Source: the human T2T-CHM13v2.0 reference genome, Homo sapiens. From it: a stretch of 64,000 nt of DNA. The notes below the pieces were generated by a model, which saw only the letters and a list, made by a program, of their open reading frames with translations, did no database searches and was not told where the DNA came from. Positions 56,701 through 64,000 of the stretch are shown in pieces. The position numbers were made by a program, and so were the translations under genes. Numbering within the stretch: position 1 is the stretch's first letter; each line of letters opens with the position of its first letter. The stretch lies in the NCBI RefSeq assembly GCF_009914755.1, contig NC_060937.1. One strand, 5' to 3'.

Positions 56701-58854
56701 AATCATTCATTACTTCTTCCTCTGGTTACCTGGTTTGATAAGTATTTGTCAATTATTTGAAAACGCCTTCTTGTTCAAACAGGGGCATCTAAATTTGGCC
56801 CAGTGTCACACATACTGGGTCCTAGCATTCAACTAGTGATTTTTCTCATCACCTTTTTCATTGACTAAACAGCCATCATCTGAGGGATTATGGGTGTTGT
56901 TTGCCTGTAAAATGGACAGTGGGAAACATGCATTCCTGGTGTGCAAGAGGAACCTGCACTGCTGTGGAGCTGTGACCAGCATAGTCAGAGCCTCCTGGTG
57001 CTTCATTAGTAAAGTCAAATTGTCCATTCTATTAATAATACGCTGCTAACCAACTGTCACAGTAGTCAGTACATGCCTCTGTGGCCTGGTTAAATACATC
57101 TTTGTACACTGTAAGGTGACTTTTTCCCAGCCAACTTTGAGTCCTAAATTGATAGCTATGTTTATGTCCATGATTCATTTTTTAGAAGGATTGAGAACAA
57201 TGATATTCAGCATAGAGTTGACTGTGGTCCGTCTGTTTGGGGGACCTCCCCTGCCTCCTGGGGGGCTTGCTTTCTGGCTTATGGAGTGTGACTAGCCGAG
57301 GGGCTTAGTAGAGGCAGCCTTATTGAGGAGCTCTGTGACCAGCCTGCCAACCCCATTGCATATCCTGGGTCAGACCAGCTCCCAATAGATCTGCGAAAGG
57401 CCATTTATAGGACCAAGTACAGAAAACTTCTTCAAGACAGAAAAAGACAGAAAAACATCTTCAAGACTGAAAAAGGGTTTAGCAGTCTACTGTTTCCTCT
57501 TTGTGCTTTATATGTGTCCTGAACCCAGTGGATGTGCAGCAAAGACCCACTTCGGCTTCATAGACGCGCTCCTTGGAAATGATGGAAAGGTGCTTGAGCA
57601 CGGGAATTCTTTGGTTGAACACCCACTTGCACATTTGGGGTTTCACATATTCTAGTTATTTTCTTTCACCTTTCACTGGTAAAAGCCACCTATGTGGCTT
57701 TTGGTGGCTTTTATATTGAAAAGTATGGAAGTTATTGAAGATGAAGATGACATATGTTTAGAGAACTAAGAAACTAAGAATCCCACCATAATACTCATTT
57801 TAGTGTAAGAAAGATATTCTGTGTTTGTATCTGGCATGATTTGTAGGATGCAGCATGTGGGAAAACTGCATAATATAAAAAGGCTCTTTATAATGAAGCT
57901 CTGTGTCTATAATATTTCTCCTCTGAGTCCTGAATGTTTCTGGAAATAATATGTACCTTTTCTCTTTCAAGTTCAAGGAGTTTCAATTTTGTTTTTGTCT
58001 CTTATCAGATGGAAATTAGGGAGGAACATTAAATATCATTATTTTATGGATAAACTGAATTCCAGGTCAACTCGGTCATTCGCTCAGGGATCTTACTGTG
58101 GTACTCAAGGCAGGGGTCGTGAAGGCGCCCAGGACTCCGTGTTCTCCCTCACCTGCTGCCTCTGGTCAGCGAGCAGTCCCTGTGCCTCAGCCTTGTGCTC
58201 TGCTGCACATCCGTGTCTGTCTGTCTGCCTGTTGTGTGCCATTCCCGCCCTTCTGCCCGCAGCCACGGCAGCAGCTTCCCGCCAGGCTCTCAAACGGGGC
58301 CCATCCAACCCCAGGCAAACCACAAGCTCTGTGTCATGACACACAAGTTCCCTCATGATCTGAGCTCCATTCCTTCTTCAGGAGGGTTGCTGGTCAGCTT
58401 CCCCTGATCGTGGCCTGGCTCCAGGCATGCAAAATTACTTAGAACCTTTGGATATCCCACGTTCCCTCACAACTCTGTGCCCGGTAACATTCTTCCCTCT
58501 GTTTGATGTCCTCTGGCCCCTATCCTGTATCCTTAGCTCTTACTTTCCTTCAAGCCTTAGTTCTAAGTATCCCAGGAGCATTCCTGTTCTCCATCCTCTG
58601 AAAGGCAGTGTGGGTGTATTTGTGAGAGTGCTGTGCTCTGTCATAGTGTCTGCATCATTGATTTTCTTCCCTGTCTCCCATGAGCCTGTGAAGTACTGTG
58701 AGTGGGGACCCTATGGTGTTAATTTCTTGTATCTCTAGGTGATGTATGATCGATATTCAATAAATACCCATTAGTTAAAGAATAGCAACATTGCAGCTTT
58801 CTTAATCCTTAATGAAAGGTTCTTTATTACACCCCAGTAAGCCCTTGATGAATA

Positions 58855-59070
58855 ATAATCAATTAAAATTACTAAGCAGAGACTGTGTTCCAGGCACTGC
58901 CCTGGGCACTCTATGTGTGTTTACTCATTGAATCCTCTCAGAACTTTCACAAGTCCATTGACAGAAGGTGAAACGGAGGCACCAGGGCACTTAAGTGACC
59001 AAAGACCTAGCTGTTAAATGTTAGGATTCAGACCCAGGCAGTTTGGCTTCAGAAGTCACATTCAGTACAA
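58855..59070 (-). mobile_element. MIR
   Basis: GTGTTCCAGGCACTGCCCTGGGCACT...ACAGAAGGTGAAACGGAGGCACCAG...GGATTCAGACCCAGGCAGTTTGGCTTCAGA. Confidence 0.75.
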
Positions 59071-60107
59071 TACATTTTATCTCCTATTTCCGACGTGATC
59101 TGCTATTATGGGTAGAAAACAAGTAAAATAGGAAGGCATCTCAAAACCTTAACGTACACTAACTCATACCTATCTGAACAAGAGAGACTAGGAGAACTGG
59201 GGGAAGGGAATGGGAGCAGGGAGGAAGAGATGTTGATTCAAATGAAGGAGTTTATTAGTTTATTTGTAGCATATTTTAAAGTAAGTAAAGGTTTTATAAA
59301 TGGATTTAGAGTACTGTTTTAACAGTATTTTAATAATAAAACAATTTAGACTGAAATTTCGATTGAAAAAAGATGGTGAATATCTAGAATAGGCTTTTAT
59401 GCTGTTAATTGATTTTTAAACTACTTTTTAGATATTTGCAGAGATTTAACAAAATATTTTTATTCTTCTCTTTGGGCTTCCAAAACACCACAGCCATCTG
59501 TGTTACTGTCACAGCTTTCAGAGGATTCTCACATGTGTTATCTCATTTTATACAATGCCCAGACTTCTTGAGAAGGTGATAAACCCCCCAGACTGGAGAA
59601 CACCACGCGTCCTCTACACAGGCCACGTCCAGGGCTGCCTAACAACTCCAGCAGGTCTTAACCATAGCAGAGAGAAAAGTATCCCTGTAAACGGCTTTAT
59701 TAGGTGCGAAGCTCTTTTAAATGTAAGCTTCTTGAGGATGATGACTTGATCTCATCCAACATTTTATCCTATAGAATGCTACAGAACCAACCTACAATAG
59801 ATATCTAGTAAATATCTATAGAATAAATAAATGAATTAAAGTCATATAGAAACCTGAGTTAATATTTATTCCATTAACTGACTGGTCATGGTACTAATTA
59901 GCTCTAGGAAGCCAGATGAAAGTAATTTATGCAAGGGATCATTACCATTGTCACTAACGCGATACATAAACATATGAGTGAACATTTTGTGGAGTAGCAT
60001 ATTCTTTGTGGTTTTATGTCCAAAAAGTGCAGTGAACCCGCAGAGAGAAAACATGCTAAAATATAAGAAGTGTGCAGTCCTACCAGTAAGCACAGTTAGA
60101 TGTGTGA

Positions 60108-60436
<329 letters not shown>

Positions 60437-61580
60437 TGATTCAGGGTCTTTATGTAAAATATCCATAACATATCTGTTGGATTCACCCTCTGGTACGTCA
60501 GTGGCCAGAGAGATGGGAGAAGAATGATGGGAGACAGTTTTTTAGCACTTATAATGAGAGGCAATGTTGTAAGGACTTGGCAGTAGTAATACTCCCCATT
60601 TTACAGGTAAAGCAGCTGAAGCCAGATATTAGGTAACTTGTGTGTGGGGGGGCCACACAGCTTGTAAATTTCATTTGATCCTGATTTCAGAGCCCTTGCT
60701 CTTATTACACTATATTGTACTCAGAGTGACACCAAAAAAACAAAATACCACGCCCCCCTCCCCCAACACACACACAAACACACATATATAAAACCCTCAC
60801 TGCCCTTTAAAGGAAGTCTCTTCACAGCTTCTATTTTGCCAAGTTTCTGTTACCACCATTCCCAACCTGGACATAAATGTTGCCAAAGCACTGCATAGAA
60901 TTCATTGTGATTTTTTCCCCTCAGGCACATAGAAAAGATACGTTTAGTCTAAGTAAACACAAGTATAAACCACACAACAGACTTTTTTTTCACTTATCTA
61001 ATTAGTAGTATTTAGCATTTAAAAAGCAAAGATTGGTACTCTTTGCTGGCGGGAGGGTAAATTGGTAAAATGTTTTTGTAGACCAAAAAGTACCGTTTTA
61101 TATCTAAAGCTTTAGAAAATATACCCTTTGCCCTAGGAATTCTACCCCTGAGATTCTATCCTGAGAAATAATCTTATATTTCTAATAATTCCTATAGCAT
61201 AGGAATATTCTATATTAAAATAACTTTGTTCCTTTTCCTTCATACTAAGTTATCCTGAAATATTGGCATTATTTGCATAGTTTTGCTTGATACTGTCTTT
61301 TGTCATTGTGAGTTTATACAGTAGTACATGAAGTGAGCCCTATTTTTTGACAAAGATATTTCTGGTGGACCCATCGCTTTCAGTCAACTTTATAAGAACT
61401 AACTAGACCTACCAGTCAGCAGAGAGAGTAAACTTACATTATTAATATAATTTTTGTTAGAAGTGATGGTAGCTTGTTCTTAAATAGATTGTTTTCCTTT
61501 TTACCTTTTACCTTAAAACTTAGGCTTTTAAAGTTTTTCTTTAAAAAGTTTGTTGAAAAAGCAAAAGATCTTGTACTTAC

Positions 61581-61650
61581 ATATCAGTGACTCGTTCGGG
61601 TCTCTGTGTAGTAGCTGTGAGTAGTTGTCCAAACTGAAGTAAGTTTTAAC
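61581..61650 (-). other. GPR183: GPR183 non-coding exon 1; 3' end exact, TSS approximate
   Basis: Donor GAT AT|GTAAGT at 61581/61580; joining to 50399 gives ...CTGATAT-ACACCTGGACCACCACCAATG, matching my recollection of the EBI2 cDNA 5' end; intron about 11.2 kb. Confidence 0.85.
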
Positions 61651-62345
61651 TGTGGCATGTTGTTTTAAGAGAGGCTGTGCAGACCTCCTTTTATGGTGGT
61701 GACTTTTTTTTTCTCTGTCACCCTGTGACTGAGCATGTAATGAGCAGTTAGCCTCGTGTACGTGTGTGCACTTTGTGTTTTTTTTTGTTTTAAATGGGAA
61801 GTGAAATTTTTTATAGTGATTAAAAAAAACTATCCAAAAGCCCCTTGGAATTTATGAATTGTTGATATCTGTGGAACTTTATAAATTTTTCTGTAAAGGT
61901 TTAAGTATCAAAAAATTCTTTGAAAGAGACTGAAGCAATAAACCTTAACCAAAAAAAAGACCAAGTTACTGATGATTTTATATTGATTTTGCATGTAAAA
62001 GTATGGGTTTTTAAATGTTTTAAGGAAAATAGTGTCAACTTTGACAGTGCTTTTTACCTGGAAACTTGGTATCAGGGAGTAGTTTACACATTCCACCTTA
62101 TCCACAGCTTATGAGAAAGAAACAGGTTTCTGTGGCGTGGGGGTGAGTGACAGTCCAGGATGTGGAGTGGACTGGATTAGTCGCCGTTTTCAGTCGAGAG
62201 GCTGCCTGAGTCAGAGGCTGTGTGAGTACTTGAATAACAGGGAAACAGTTGAAGGGAGGCCCATTATAGATAAAATCCAGCCTCTTCAGCACAGGGTGAA
62301 AGAGACTCATGCCATTCACCTCATAGTTGTAGTTGACTCAGTTTA
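61650..62345 (-). promoter_or_regulatory. GPR183: GPR183 promoter region
   Basis: TATA-like CTTAAAA (61663-61669) and CATAAAA (61689-61695) on the minus strand; GGAAGTGAAA (ETS-IRF composite) at 61797-61806; AP-1 TGAGTCA at 62207-62213 and TGACTCA at 62334-62340. Confidence 0.65.
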
Positions 62346-63280
62346 AACCAACTAACGTGTCTGTCAGAATGCAGTTTATTTGTAGGCTAAATTACCAGAT
62401 ATGTAGCACTCAGATCAGGAGAGGTGATGTTTACACTTAGTCAGGACTGATCTGGCCATTCCCAGCCACTTCTGGGTGCTGCTTTTTACGAAGACATAGA
62501 TAACACCTGTGGCAGTGAGGGGCCTGGATAGCAGGTCTTAGGAGAACTGATTAAATAAGCTGGGGATGTGTATGCTTTGTAGGCATAGGGTCATTATCCT
62601 TATGCTTGTGGAAACTCTCATAGAAAAGTGTTTACATTGCTTGTGTCAGTCTTCCTAACTCCAGAGACTAGCGGGAGGGTCAGTAAGAAGTTACTGGACA
62701 TAGCTTTTGGATCAAAAGATGAGAGTCATTCCCAAAAGTTGTGATTATTTTGAAAAATGGAATATGCTGTTTCTTATTTAGATGCTTGAGTAAACTTGAT
62801 GATTTTGAGGGATGATGTAAACAGAATTGAATCATTTGGTAGGAATTTGTAACTCTGTGATCTCAGAAGCCTTTCTGCTCCAGGATTCTGTAAAAATAGT
62901 CGAGTAGCTTTTGCCTCCCACAGATGTCATTAGGTTCTTCTAACGTCTAAAGTGCTGTGAGTATGGAGGAACATTGTCAGACACAAGAAAGAGCATCAAG
63001 CAAGTCAGCTGAATTCTTTGGGCCGCCACCTCACTGTGTATAAAATAAAGGTATTGAACTAAATGATCTCCAAGGTAATTCCTAGTACAAAAATTCTATG
63101 AGGGGGTAATACAGAGATTTTATGACTTGGTGGATAAACATGACATCATATTCTAGAACTAGTTCATTTAAAACTTAGGCTGCAGAGTACTTGAAGAAGA
63201 CACTGTTGATAAATTTTTCAGTTTGTTGAAAGACCATTCTGGTGGGGTTTTGCCTGTTAATTTTGAAATAGTTATATTAA

Positions 63281-63649
<369 letters not shown>

Positions 63650-63824
63650 CCTTTTTTTTGATATCAGAGTAGTCAGGCAGATGAAGAAGAGGTGATGGGG
63701 TCATTATCCTGTAAGAGGCCGCTGAAGCTGTATATTAGATCATTTCATGAGCTCACAAACCTTGTTTTTATTGCTGTTGAAAGTTACCAGGGTTTCTTGA
63801 GTTGTGATTGTACTGTAAAAGTAG

Positions 63825-64000
<176 letters not shown>

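Overview
Human (primate) euchromatic DNA, AT-rich and dense in Alu, L1, L2, MIR, MaLR-LTR and DNA-transposon relics. It holds two class A GPCR genes with uninterrupted coding sequences, both on the minus strand: GPR18 (CDS 9120-10115) and GPR183/EBI2 (CDS 49296-50381). Each has a non-coding first exon whose splice sites can be read from the sequence. From established knowledge this is the 13q32.3 locus, where both genes lie antisense inside a large intron of UBAC2; I recognise no UBAC2 exon here. All other ORFs in the track look like Alu-, L1- or chance-derived frames. I found no new multi-gene system. The best leads are: a chain of three tightly abutting uORFs in the GPR18 5'UTR; a candidate alternative first exon that would extend GPR183 in frame by 74 aa; two ~60-bp local templated insertions at repeat breakpoints; a near-consensus AluYc1-like element; a CTCF-like site between the two genes; and lymphoid-type promoter motifs. 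Repeat subfamily names are by-eye assignments.
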